In this document: piece after piece, positions 45,670-55,570 of the stretch
Numbering within the stretch: position 1 is the first letter of the stretch
Layout: each line of letters starts with the position of its first letter
Assembly (NCBI GenBank): GCA_964354685.1
Contig: CAYHAM010000005.1
Span: forward strand, 9,942-73,941
Length of the DNA: 64,000 nt
Direction: 5' to 3'
From: an uncultured Methanosarcinales archaeon
Lineage (GTDB): Archaea > Nanobdellota > Nanobdellia > Woesearchaeales > JAGVZT01
Translations under genes and position numbers: made by a program
The notes under the pieces: model-generated
Databases searched by the model: none
What the model was told of the DNA's origin: nothing
Seen by the model: only the letters and a program-made list of their open reading frames with translations

Positions 45670-47541
45670 TTATTTCTTAAAAAACTCTTCCAACCTCTCC
45701 TTATACAGCTTTGTTATTACTATCTTCCATGTTTTTGGGAAGCACCTATAGTAGTGCTGCCAGGAGTAGCGTTCATCCAGGAATATTATAGCACCTCTGT
45801 CTGTCTCAGATCTTATAACCCTGCCTGCATTTTGCATTGCCTTGTTCATTGCAGGGAATACATAGCCATAATCCCATCCTTTGCCGAACTTTTCGTCATA
45901 GTAATCAATAAGAGCTTTTGTTTCCAAATCTGGAACTTGTAATGGCAAGCCTGCAACAACTGCTGCTTTTAGAAAATCTCCTGGCAGGTCAATGCCTTCT
46001 CCAAATGAGCCTGAGACAACTGCTAGCATTACTGCTCCTTGTTTGCTGTATTTTTTGAATTTGTCAAGAAACTCGCGTTTCTCGCGTTTGCTCATGTTTG
46101 ATATTTCTAAGAATGTTGTTTTTTTGCAGAGCCTTGTAAAGGTTTTATCTACCTTATCTCTGATTTCATAGCTAGGAAAATAGATTATTGTGTTACCAGG
46201 GATTGTATTAGCCAAATCTGAGGAAATTTCTGCTATTCTTTTGTATTGCGCTGCATTCCTTTCAGTGTATTTAGTTGTTGTCTCTGGAATTATTAGTGTT
46301 AGCTTGTTCTGCTCTGGAAATGGGCTCTTGTACTCTTGCATTTCTGCGTGCTCAAAGCCAAGAATGTCATTGTACATTGTTATTGGTGTTAATGTTCCGC
46401 TCATTACAATTGTTGAATAGGCATTATCTACAACCTGTTTTGATATCAAGCTTGGGTCAAGGCATCTATAACTCAAGGTTATAAAAGGTTTTTTGAGTTG
46501 TTTTTTGGAGATTATTCTTACAAAGCCAGAATCTTGTCCGAGCCATGCGTCAAGGAATTTTGATATAGAGCCAATATAGCTTTGCTTTTCTGTCTCGCGT
46601 ATGTCATCTGCAACAAATGCAAAGTCTGCTATTAATTGGTTGTATTCAGAGAACTCCTCGATCTCATTAATGAAATCCTGTTTCTTTGTTAGCTTTTCAC
46701 TGTTTTCTAAGCCATGTGCAAGTTCTTCAATTAGGGATTTTATTTTTTCAAGGTTTGATTTTGTTTCTTCATAGCCAAATTTTTTTGCCTCTCGGATTGC
46801 TCTGTCAAGCATGAACGTGGATAAGCGCTGTGTCATTAAATCACGCAATCTAAAAGGCAGGTTGTGGCCTTCATCAACAATTATTATTGATTTTTCTAGC
46901 TCTTTTCCAGTTTTTTTAAAGAATAAGTCTCTTATCTGGGGATTAAAAATATAATAATAATCTGTAATAACAACTAATGAGTCTTTTGCAAGTGCTGTTG
47001 CTAGTTCATATGGGCAGAGCTTTTCTTGTGCACATATTTTTATTAACTTTTCAGAGTGTGTTGGGCTAATCTGTTTAAGCTCTTTTAGAACCTTTTTTGC
47101 ATTTGGTGTTAGTCTTCCCTTTTTTCTTGTATTCAAGTAAAATTCACACTTATCCTCTTCTCTGACTGCTTTACAATAGTCTGCAAACTCGTTTGAGTAG
47201 AGATTTTCCACTCCAGGCACAGCACACATCCATTTTTTGCCAACAATGTCTGTTGTTATAATATCTAAATCATACTTTTCTTTGATTGCCTTCAGTGTTT
47301 CAATTGCAATAAGGTGTTGGGTGTGCCTTGAGGTTAGAAAGAATATTGTTAAATCTTTTTTGGTTGCATGTTTTAGTGCAGGGCTTAGCATTGCAACTGT
47401 TTTTCCTAGTCCTGTTGGAGCATGCACAATAAAGTTTTGTTTTTTTTCTAGGGTTTCATCTACTTTTTTTATAAGCTCATCTTGGGTTTGTCTTATTTTA
47501 GAAAAAGGAAAGAAAAGTTCCTCAAGTTTCTTATCTACCAT
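45670..47541 (-). CDS. xpd: XPD/Rad3 Fe-S helicase
   Basis: APTGLGKT, four Fe-S Cys (WMC..YC..KC..LCPYE), VDEGHNL, SGTL, FPSY, EGIDLPG, QNAGRVIR. Confidence 0.93.
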   Translation of the reverse strand: MVDKKLEELFFPFSKIRQTQDELIKKVDETLEKKQNFIVHAPTGLGKTVAMLSPALKHATKKDLTIFFLTSRHTQHLIAIETLKAIKEKYDLDIITTDIVGKKWMCAVPGVENLYSNEFADYCKAVREEDKCEFYLNTRKKGRLTPNAKKVLKELKQISPTHSEKLIKICAQEKLCPYELATALAKDSLVVITDYYYIFNPQIRDLFFKKTGKELEKSIIIVDEGHNLPFRLRDLMTQRLSTFMLDRAIREAKKFGYEETKSNLEKIKSLIEELAHGLENSEKLTKKQDFINEIEEFSEYNQLIADFAFVADDIRETEKQSYIGSISKFLDAWLGQDSGFVRIISKKQLKKPFITLSYRCLDPSLISKQVVDNAYSTIVMSGTLTPITMYNDILGFEHAEMQEYKSPFPEQNKLTLIIPETTTKYTERNAAQYKRIAEISSDLANTIPGNTIIYFPSYEIRDKVDKTFTRLCKKTTFLEISNMSKREKREFLDKFKKYSKQGAVMLAVVSGSFGEGIDLPGDFLKAAVVAGLPLQVPDLETKALIDYYDEKFGKGWDYGYVFPAMNKAMQNAGRVIRSETDRGAIIFLDERYSWQHYYRCFPKTWKIVITKLYKERLEEFFKK

Positions 47542-47578
47542 CTAACAAAATAATGAAAGTTGGTATTTAAATCTTTAG

Positions 47579-48295
47579 CTAGTGCTTTGATCTTTCTTTC
47601 AGCTTTTTAGAAATATCTTCCTTTTTTGCCTTGAATTTTTCAGATAGAGTTTGTCTTTGTTCTTTTGTTATTTTGTCAATGTCCTTTGCAGTTTCCTTTG
47701 CAACTTTTATTGTCCTTCCAAGAATATTGTGGTCCCAGAGTACTCCACCCATGTCTTTTATTCTATGTACATTACCATAGCCGTTGAGGTAAACCATGTT
47801 CTCTAATCTTAGTCTGTATGTTGGCTTTGGCTTTTCATCTGGGTATCCAATTGGTAAGATAACCTGGGGGCGTGAGTTGTCTGGTATGCTAAGGGCTCTT
47901 TGTAGTAGGTTTTCCTCAAAAGCCCCCACCCAGCAGGTTGCTAGCCCAAGTGAGTGGGCTGTTAGTATCATATATGTGGCAGCAATAGCACAGTCCTGGA
48001 TTGAGTAAAGCCTTTCTCCCCTAACACCATATTGCCTTTTTATCTTGTCAATATCAGAGCATATTATTATTATGACTGGTGCCTTTGATATCCAATATTG
48101 TTTTAGAGCAGATTCTGCAACCTTTTTCCTGAGCTCTGGCTCTGTTATCACTATGAATTTCCAGTCCTGTACATTGCCAGCAGAGGGCGCAAGCCTACCT
48201 GCCTCTAGTATTTGACTAATCTTTTCCCATTCAACAGGTGAGTCTAGAAACTTTCTAACAGAATGTCGTTCGCTTATGATATCAAAAACATCCAT
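47579..48295 (-). CDS. Nitroreductase family protein
   Basis: RHSVRKF, APSAGNVQDWKF, QDCAIAA, GLATCWVG, IGYP. Confidence 0.92.
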   Translation of the reverse strand: MDVFDIISERHSVRKFLDSPVEWEKISQILEAGRLAPSAGNVQDWKFIVITEPELRKKVAESALKQYWISKAPVIIIICSDIDKIKRQYGVRGERLYSIQDCAIAATYMILTAHSLGLATCWVGAFEENLLQRALSIPDNSRPQVILPIGYPDEKPKPTYRLRLENMVYLNGYGNVHRIKDMGGVLWDHNILGRTIKVAKETAKDIDKITKEQRQTLSEKFKAKKEDISKKLKERSKH

Positions 48296-48417
48296 AACAG
48301 GAAAATTATCTATCTACAATATATATTTTTTGGTTTTTAATCAGTATTTGGCTTTTTTTAATTATAAGTACTATAATTAATTGATTCAATAAAAAAGTTG
48401 AATAATTAAAAAACTCT

Positions 48418-48846
48418 CTATCCAATTCTTGGGAAGAGATATACTGTCATTATCAGCCCCACCAATAGGCCTATCAAAAACCCTGCTGCAAACTCTCTTA
48501 TGCCACAACCAATGTGCTCTTTTGGGCAAGCCTTTTCTCCAGATGAATGATGTATTTCCTTGATCCTTTTTCTTACCACTTTCAGAGCATCTTTTCTGTT
48601 CTTGGTCTCATGCAACATCAAACTTAGTTCTTTATCTTTGATAATATCTCCAACCCAGTTTGCAAAGTCGTTCCTATCTTCTGTAACATGGTGATTGTAG
48701 CTTTCATCACTCATTATCTCTAGTGCATCTGCCAATTCAAACAGGTTGTTTATCTCAATCTCTGTTTTGTGCAGCTTGAAGGTGTGCTCATTTGGCACAT
48801 CTCTTAGTAGGGGTACAGCATCGTGGCCATGTAGTTTTTCAGTCAT
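48418..48846 (-). CDS. DUF5752-like protein with C-terminal TM
   Basis: F.L...I.NL.EL..LE.M....YNHHV...RNDFANWV. Confidence 0.75.
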   Translation of the reverse strand: MTEKLHGHDAVPLLRDVPNEHTFKLHKTEIEINNLFELADALEIMSDESYNHHVTEDRNDFANWVGDIIKDKELSLMLHETKNRKDALKVVRKRIKEIHHSSGEKACPKEHIGCGIREFAAGFLIGLLVGLIMTVYLFPRIG

Positions 48847-48850
48847 GTCC

Positions 48851-49420
48851 TTACCTCTTTTTTCTTTTTTTTATTTTTTTCTTCTTGATTTTTCTAACGA
48901 CTCTCTTTCCTATTTTTCTCTTTAGTCGTTTGCTTGGTTTTTTCTTAATGATCCTTCTTTCTTTTCTAATAGATTTTCTTTTTCTGATTGTTTTTTTAGG
49001 TTTTTTTACCCTTATTTTTTTCTTGGGCTTTTTCATTCCAACCTTTCTCTTTTTAACCTTTTTCTTTGGTCTCTTCTTAACCTTCTTTCTTTTCTTTGCC
49101 AATGTTTTGTATTTTGAAACAATTTCTCTTGATTCTTCAACCTTTTCTTTTATCTTCCTCACCAATGTTTCCTTTGTTTTTATCCTTGATATCTCTCTTG
49201 CAAAATCATTATCACCCACAACATCACGTACCCATGCGCTGAAATCATTTTTGTATTTGTTTACATGGTATCTAAACACATCGTCGTTTACTTCCTCCAA
49301 GGTATTGGCCAATGTGTTCAAGCTCCTTAGATCTTGATTTGTGCACAACCAAAAGCTTTGCTTAGTTGGAACAACGTTGAGCAAATTCTTTGCCCTAGAG
49401 AGATTTATCTTCTTACTCAT
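48851..49420 (-). CDS. DUF5752-like protein with histone H1-like Lys/Arg tail
   Basis: FRYHVNKYKNDFSAWV domain then about 80 residues dominated by K/R. Confidence 0.75.
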   Translation of the reverse strand: MSKKINLSRAKNLLNVVPTKQSFWLCTNQDLRSLNTLANTLEEVNDDVFRYHVNKYKNDFSAWVRDVVGDNDFAREISRIKTKETLVRKIKEKVEESREIVSKYKTLAKKRKKVKKRPKKKVKKRKVGMKKPKKKIRVKKPKKTIRKRKSIRKERRIIKKKPSKRLKRKIGKRVVRKIKKKKIKKRKKR

Positions 49421-49794
49421 TTTATAAACCTCTTAATCATATGCTTCAAAATTTCAATTTGATGCCTTTCCTTTGAGTTAAGTTTTTGAAGCTTTTCAGC
49501 AAGCTCAACCTCTTTGAAGGTCTCCTTTGTCCAGGTTGCGAAATCATTCCTGAATTCATTTACATGGTGGTGGAAGATTTCATCAGTCATCTCGTCCATT
49601 GCTTCTACAAGTTCAAATAAATTTTTTAATGGCCTGCCATCAAGGAGTATAAAGTAGTGCTCTGGTTTTGCGTTTTTTAGTTTAACTCTTGTATTTTTCT
49701 CAGGAGATTTTTCTTTTACTCTCTTTTCAACTTCCTTAACTATTCTCTTCTTTACTTTAGCTTTTTTTATTTTTTCCTCTTTTTTCTTTGTCAT
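49417..49794 (-). CDS. DUF5752-like protein with Lys-rich N-terminus
   Basis: FILLDG..LKNL.EL..FHHHVNEFRNDFATW. Confidence 0.75.
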   Translation of the reverse strand: MTKKKEEKIKKAKVKKRIVKEVEKRVKEKSPEKNTRVKLKNAKPEHYFILLDGRPLKNLFELVEAMDEMTDEIFHHHVNEFRNDFATWTKETFKEVELAEKLQKLNSKERHQIEILKHMIKRFIK

Positions 49795-49804
49795 AAAACC
49801 ACCC

Positions 49805-51034
49805 CTAAGTCAAAGACTTTGCCTCTTCAAAGGCTTTGTTGGTTTCAACTTTTGAATTGTGTTCTTTGAGTCGTATAACCAAATCATTGAATATGTTCAT
49901 AAATGAAATAAAAGCATCATATGGGTTATCATACGGGTTAAAGTATTTGTGAACATCACCATCATTGAACCACTTTGTGCACATATAGTAAAAGTGGTCA
50001 CTAACTTGCAGTTTTCTCCAATCGGCGATTAACTCAGGATTGTTAGTTGCTAAGATTTGTTTTTCAATCATGTAGAGCTCTTTTATTGCTGATTGTTGCA
50101 TGCTATTGCCTAGCCATGCGCTCACATCTCTCTCAACATCTGCCCAAGAGACTATGTTGTGCACATCAAGCTCTGCAACTGTCTCATAATCCTTGATAAG
50201 CTCTGAGGGTGTTTTGAAGTTGTTGTCTGGGTGCCTTAGTAATTCAGGAGGTAAAGCGGACATAAACTTGAATATTCCGGTTGAGGGCCATTGGTGTTCA
50301 CCAAAGGTCTCATAGTCCATGAAGAGGTTTATTGTGTGGCCATTGCCATTTGCAGCATTCAACCATTGAACATATTTTGGAACAGTTAAAGGCCATTCTT
50401 GCCAGCTGCGTTCTGAAAATCTAAAGGCAATGTCATCACTTAGGCGATAGTTTTTGAGTAATAGCTTTATCTTTTCTGTTCCTTTTGGCCTGTATAGAAA
50501 GTTGGGTGAACGCCAACCAAGGATGTGATCTGCACCTTCTGCTAAAATACCTTTATATCCAAGCTTTTCTACAAGCATTGCAAGTTCATTGTTGTAGATG
50601 AGCTCGGTGTTTCTAAAAACCTGAGGGGTTTTTTTGAAGAGTTGTTGTATCCTTTGTCTGTGCATTTTTATTTGATTAACAAACTCCTCTTTTGAGTAAA
50701 GGAATGCAAGTGAATGGTAATATGTCTCATCCAGAATCTCAACATTACCTGTCTTTACCAGCTCTTGGAATGACTGGAGTACATCTGGAGCATGCTCTTC
50801 AAATTGTTCAAGTATTATTCCTGAGAATGAGAAGCTTGCTTTGAAGTTGTATCTGTTAATCAAGCTCATTATGATGTTATTCATCGGGATATAGCATTTT
50901 TTTGCTACTTTTTCTAGTATTGCAAGATTTTTGCTGGTGTCAAAGTAATTGCTGTTGTTGCCAACATCAAACACAGAGTATTTTCTAAGTCTATATGGCT
51001 GGTGAACATGGAAGTAGAAGCATACACTAACCAT
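49805..51034 (-). CDS. Glycoside hydrolase family 57 (alpha-amylase-like)
   Basis: HVHQPYRL, ETYYHSL, FRNTELIY, LSDDIAFRF, MDYETFGEHQ, SWAD.ERD, SDHFYYM. Confidence 0.93.
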   Translation of the reverse strand: MVSVCFYFHVHQPYRLRKYSVFDVGNNSNYFDTSKNLAILEKVAKKCYIPMNNIIMSLINRYNFKASFSFSGIILEQFEEHAPDVLQSFQELVKTGNVEILDETYYHSLAFLYSKEEFVNQIKMHRQRIQQLFKKTPQVFRNTELIYNNELAMLVEKLGYKGILAEGADHILGWRSPNFLYRPKGTEKIKLLLKNYRLSDDIAFRFSERSWQEWPLTVPKYVQWLNAANGNGHTINLFMDYETFGEHQWPSTGIFKFMSALPPELLRHPDNNFKTPSELIKDYETVAELDVHNIVSWADVERDVSAWLGNSMQQSAIKELYMIEKQILATNNPELIADWRKLQVSDHFYYMCTKWFNDGDVHKYFNPYDNPYDAFISFMNIFNDLVIRLKEHNSKVETNKAFEEAKSLT

Positions 51035-52223
51035 TGTTCATCACCAACATATGGTTGTAAACATCAATGCATTTTCTTGCTGGCTCATTCCAACCAATTC
51101 CTGTTACTTCAAATGATGCATTCTCCATGAGTGTGTGTGCAAGTGAGGGGTATTTTAAAACACACACTATCTTGTTTGTTAGTTCATTTATGTCCCAGAA
51201 GTCAACTTTCAAGCAGTTTTTGATGACCTCTGAAACTCCAGATTGCTTTGAGATAATTACTGGAGTCCCATTTGCCATTGCCTCTAGAGGTGTTATACCA
51301 AATGGTTCTGATACAGATGGCATCACATAAACATCTGCCATTCTATACACTCTGTCAACATCCTTTCCACGTAAAAACCCTGTGAATAAAACATTTTTGC
51401 TTAGGCCAAGCTCTGCCACTTTGTTTATGATATAAGACTCCATGTCACCAGAGCCTGTAATAACAAACTTCACGTTTGGCATTTGTTCAAGAACCTTTTT
51501 TGCAGCATAGATAAAGTAATCTGGGCCTTTTTGAACAGTGATTCTTCCTAAGAACAAAACTATCTTGTCCTCTTTTTTTATGCCAAAGTCATCTTCAATT
51601 GAATAATTATTTATTTCAACAGCATTGTGAACAACATTTATCTTTTCTGGGTTAATTCCATAGTGGGTTGTTATCTTGTTTTTTGTGAAGTTGCTTACTG
51701 CTATTATTGAATCTGCCTTGTGCATGCCCATTTTCTCAACCTCATAGACAATCTGGTTCACATTGTTGTTAGCTGTCCTATCAAACTCAGTTGCATGAAC
51801 ATGTATTACTAGTGGTTTGTTGGATACTGTTTTTGCATTTATTCCTGCTTGGAATGTCATCCAGTCATGGGCGTGTATTACATCAAAGTCTTCTTGCATT
51901 GCGATTTCAGCTACTCTTTTTGAAAATCTGTAGACCTCTTTGAAGAGATCATAGCCATACATTGAGGATGTGCTTCTTAAGAATGTTTTTTGATAGCCCT
52001 CTGATGTCATGTAACCTCTAATCGGAGAGTCTACTGGAACTATCTTGATGTTTGCTCCTATTAGCTTTACAAACTCTGCCTGTATATTATCCCTGAGCGT
52101 AGGTAATACAAAGGTTATGTCCACTCCTTGGTTTGAAAGGCCTTTTGTGAGGCCATAACAGGCAGTTCCTAAGCCACCTGTTGAATAGGGCGGGAACTCC
52201 CACCCAAGCATTAACACTTTCAC
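51027..52223 (-). CDS. GT4 glycosyltransferase (glycogen synthase-like)
   Basis: WEFPP..GGLG, HAHDWMT, HATEFDR, GRITVQKG, SEPFGITPLEAM. Confidence 0.92.
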   Translation of the reverse strand: MKVLMLGWEFPPYSTGGLGTACYGLTKGLSNQGVDITFVLPTLRDNIQAEFVKLIGANIKIVPVDSPIRGYMTSEGYQKTFLRSTSSMYGYDLFKEVYRFSKRVAEIAMQEDFDVIHAHDWMTFQAGINAKTVSNKPLVIHVHATEFDRTANNNVNQIVYEVEKMGMHKADSIIAVSNFTKNKITTHYGINPEKINVVHNAVEINNYSIEDDFGIKKEDKIVLFLGRITVQKGPDYFIYAAKKVLEQMPNVKFVITGSGDMESYIINKVAELGLSKNVLFTGFLRGKDVDRVYRMADVYVMPSVSEPFGITPLEAMANGTPVIISKQSGVSEVIKNCLKVDFWDINELTNKIVCVLKYPSLAHTLMENASFEVTGIGWNEPARKCIDVYNHMLVMNNG

Positions 52224-52369
52224 TCTATCGCCTCTCTTTTAGAGTTATAACTACTTTATTTAAGAAACAGAACTAGCTCATATATAATATTTGTTTATAA
52301 CTAATAAGTGACACAGTTATATTTAAGTTATATATAAAGATAAACAAGGGTCATTAATAAATGTTTGGG

Positions 52370-52990
52370 TTAGTTTTTGTTCAGCTTTTCTAGGATTGGA
52401 ATAATTTCCATTGGGTTGTTGATATTAAAGTTTCCTTTAACATCTTTGTTTTTGTAGATTATTGAGGGCATTCCAGCGTTTTTTGCTGCCAAAGCATCTG
52501 TTTGTGCATCACCAATGTAGATTGCTTCTTCTGGTTTGACACCAAACCTTTTTGAAGCTAACAATAATGACTCTGGATGTGGTTTGTGGTGTTTGACATC
52601 AAAGATTGTAACTGCATGTTCAAAATAATGATCTATTCCAAGGTGCTTGAGTACATTAATAGATACACGGCTTGTAACAATACCTAAATGATAATTTTTT
52701 GAAATTTGCTTTAATAGTTTTTCAACATATGGCTCAAGTTTAACATACTTGTAGAACTTCTTGTAATTTTGCGCACCGTAGTTTTCTATTGATCTAACTT
52801 TTGATGGAGGAAGATCTGGTCTTATTCTTAACGTCTGTTCTTTTATTGAGAGATGGTGTAGTTTTTTGTATTCATCAAGGGTTATACTTGTATTAAAAAA
52901 TTTACCAAAGATGTGTTTATAAAATTCAAAGTTTGCTTTTACTGAGTCAATTAACACCCCATCTATATCAAACAGAACAACTTTTATCAT
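52370..52990 (-). CDS. HAD family phosphatase
   Basis: FDIDGVLIDS, IVTS, KPHP, YIGDAQTD. Confidence 0.92.
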   Translation of the reverse strand: MIKVVLFDIDGVLIDSVKANFEFYKHIFGKFFNTSITLDEYKKLHHLSIKEQTLRIRPDLPPSKVRSIENYGAQNYKKFYKYVKLEPYVEKLLKQISKNYHLGIVTSRVSINVLKHLGIDHYFEHAVTIFDVKHHKPHPESLLLASKRFGVKPEEAIYIGDAQTDALAAKNAGMPSIIYKNKDVKGNFNINNPMEIIPILEKLNKN

Positions 52991-52992
52991 TT

Positions 52993-55428
52993 TTATTTAA
53001 AGAATTTATCGAGCTTTTTCTGATCAAGGCTTGCTAGCAAGTCTTCTTTTGAGTAGCCAAGAACCTCAAAGATCTTTTCCACTGATGGTATGATTTGGTT
53101 GTTGATGTAGTAATCAGCATCATACTCTCCTTCTCCACATTCTTCTGGGAGTCTTGCTTTGTCACGAATTTTGTCTCCTGTTGAACATATAACATATCTT
53201 ATCATTGTGCCTGGTCCAACATCATAGCCTTGTTGCTTGAGCCTTTTTGCAACTGCAACATGAGGGCCAACTGATTCATACTCTTTTATTGTTTTTTTGA
53301 GCTGGGTGTAAATAATAACCTCTTGGATTGGAATCTTTTTCTTCTTGATCTTGTCAATAACTTCTCTGACATGGTTGAATGCTTTTTGTGTGTTGTTATC
53401 TTTTAAAATTATATTAAGGATTTCCTCTTGTGTGTTCTTTGCAACTTCAGAGATGTTTCTACGCACTGTTTCAAAACCTATTATTTTAATTTTTCCGTCT
53501 TCATTTAGCAGAGCATACTTTTTCTTTGCACCATAGGTGCCAATCTTTGCTGACACAAATATGCCTCTTGGGTAAAGGCCCTCAAACTCAAGCTCCATGA
53601 GCTCTGGTAATTTGAGGTTGAACCCGTCAACAAACTTGATTGCATCTTTCCTTGTTTTTCCGTCAAGGGTTAAGAAGACAGAGTCTGTGTCACCATATAA
53701 TATTTGGAAGCCCTCTTTTTCTGCTTTTTCTATTAGTTGTTTTATGTAGTACCTTCCATATGCTGTTATGCTCTGTGCACACTCAAGACAGTACCATCTT
53801 GCCATAAAGAATCCAAGGTAGCCGTACATTGCGTTTGCTATTGTTTTTAGTGCATATTGTCTTGCAAAGAGTATTTTTGAGTCTTTAGTTTTTGTTATCT
53901 CTTTTATTCTCATTCTTCTTGTTATTAACTCTTCAATAACTGTTGAGATAAATCCCTTCTTTTTTTTGCAGAACCAGTTGTGCTCATCTGGTGGAACATC
54001 CTTTCCTTCACAACACTTGCAGTTCAATGTTTCAGGACTGATATTATGTGTAGTTATTATGCTTGGGTACAAGCTCCTGAAGTCAAGCACAACTATGTCT
54101 TTGTATAAGCCTGGCTTTGGTTTGTACACAAATGCTCCTTTGTATGTTACAGATTTCCTTGCTGTTATCTCTTCATGGGTTGGTTTGTTTGGTACAAGCT
54201 CATTTGAGTATTGACTTCTTTTGATTAAGTACCATTCAACTAGTTGAGAGTAGCCCATACGGCTTATATCATATATTGGTTGGCCAACAACCTTAACAAT
54301 CTCTACTATGTTTGGCAAGAGGTTTGTTGCGAGTTTGTGTGTTAGCTCTGCGTCTGTTAGGTTGTATTCGCAGAATTTGTCTAGATTCTCTGGTTTTTTG
54401 TCAAATACCTCATGTAGCTTGTCAATGTCAACATTCTCTTTTGTTTGGTCTAGTAGCTCTTTTGAAACAGAGTTAAGGTCATATGTTGGTGTTTCTAATG
54501 TCACTGCAAAAACACGTCTTATAAATTGGAAGATGTCTAGATACACTATTCCTGTTATTCTTGCATTTATGTCTCCTATTCTGTCAATTTCCAACTCTGA
54601 GTAGTCTAGGCCTAAGTCAAGTTTTATGTTGTTCTTGCTTGCCCTTTTTTCAATGTATGGTAAGTCAAAACCGTCTGAGAAGTATCCTGTTAATATGTCT
54701 GGTTTGTATTTTTCTATAGACTCTTTGAATTTTGTTATTAACTGAGCCTCGTTCTCTACTGGCTCAACATAATCTAGCTTTGTTTTGAATTTTTTTGAGA
54801 CAAATACCTTCTCGAAACCTTTGCCATAAAGCGCAATCATCACAATAGGGTTTTCTTCTGGAAGCATTTGTTTTCCCAGTGGGTTGTAGGTTTCAATATC
54901 AAGTGCGAGGATTTTTAGGTCATTAATTATTTCAGTTGATGTTTGGGTTATTGAGTCAGCGTTTATAACAGAGACTTTTGATTTTTGGTTTACAAATTCT
55001 CCTTCAACCTCTGTGAGGACCATTGGTGTAATGTTTTTGTCAATTAGGTAGCGTCTTGTGAATAAGATATCAGACTCATATGCTTGGAAGTGGTCTTTGA
55101 GGTGGTTTCTTATTGTTGGAATGTCTTGAGGGAATCTTGTGTATGCTTTAATTAGTTTGAGCTTTTTGCCATTATATCTTTTTTCAACAATCTCTGTTTT
55201 TGTTATTGTTACTTTTCTTTCTCTTTTTTCTATACTCAAAGTTTTAAGTGTTTTTGATGCTTCCTCTGCATCTTTTTGTTTTGAATAAACATATAGGTAT
55301 GGCTCAAAGTTTGAATCCTGTACACAAATCTGTTTGTCATCGGTTGTTCTCCCATATAGCTGAACAACTGTTTTTTCTCCTAATGTCTTGTATACTATGT
55401 CAATTGGATAGAAGCTTATTTTGGGCAT
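52993..55428 (-). CDS. polB: Family B DNA polymerase
   Basis: LDIET, FDLPY, DFRSLYPSII, QYALKTIANAMYGY, YGDTDS, KKKYA. Confidence 0.97.
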   Translation of the reverse strand: MPKISFYPIDIVYKTLGEKTVVQLYGRTTDDKQICVQDSNFEPYLYVYSKQKDAEEASKTLKTLSIEKRERKVTITKTEIVEKRYNGKKLKLIKAYTRFPQDIPTIRNHLKDHFQAYESDILFTRRYLIDKNITPMVLTEVEGEFVNQKSKVSVINADSITQTSTEIINDLKILALDIETYNPLGKQMLPEENPIVMIALYGKGFEKVFVSKKFKTKLDYVEPVENEAQLITKFKESIEKYKPDILTGYFSDGFDLPYIEKRASKNNIKLDLGLDYSELEIDRIGDINARITGIVYLDIFQFIRRVFAVTLETPTYDLNSVSKELLDQTKENVDIDKLHEVFDKKPENLDKFCEYNLTDAELTHKLATNLLPNIVEIVKVVGQPIYDISRMGYSQLVEWYLIKRSQYSNELVPNKPTHEEITARKSVTYKGAFVYKPKPGLYKDIVVLDFRSLYPSIITTHNISPETLNCKCCEGKDVPPDEHNWFCKKKKGFISTVIEELITRRMRIKEITKTKDSKILFARQYALKTIANAMYGYLGFFMARWYCLECAQSITAYGRYYIKQLIEKAEKEGFQILYGDTDSVFLTLDGKTRKDAIKFVDGFNLKLPELMELEFEGLYPRGIFVSAKIGTYGAKKKYALLNEDGKIKIIGFETVRRNISEVAKNTQEEILNIILKDNNTQKAFNHVREVIDKIKKKKIPIQEVIIYTQLKKTIKEYESVGPHVAVAKRLKQQGYDVGPGTMIRYVICSTGDKIRDKARLPEECGEGEYDADYYINNQIIPSVEKIFEVLGYSKEDLLASLDQKKLDKFFK

Positions 55429-55570
55429 TGTAGTGTCAATATAAAGTTTAAAAGTTTATAAACCTTGCTGTGTGTGGATATATGAAAATGTTACTTTTAT
55501 TATTATAATAATTAGCGATGTTGCTATTAAAATACTCATTTTTATTACAAAATTATTACAAAAATTATAA

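Noticed and set aside
48792..49337. 181-aa Phe/Leu-rich membrane-like ORF on +
   Set aside because: Antisense shadow of the Lys-rich 48851..49420 gene.
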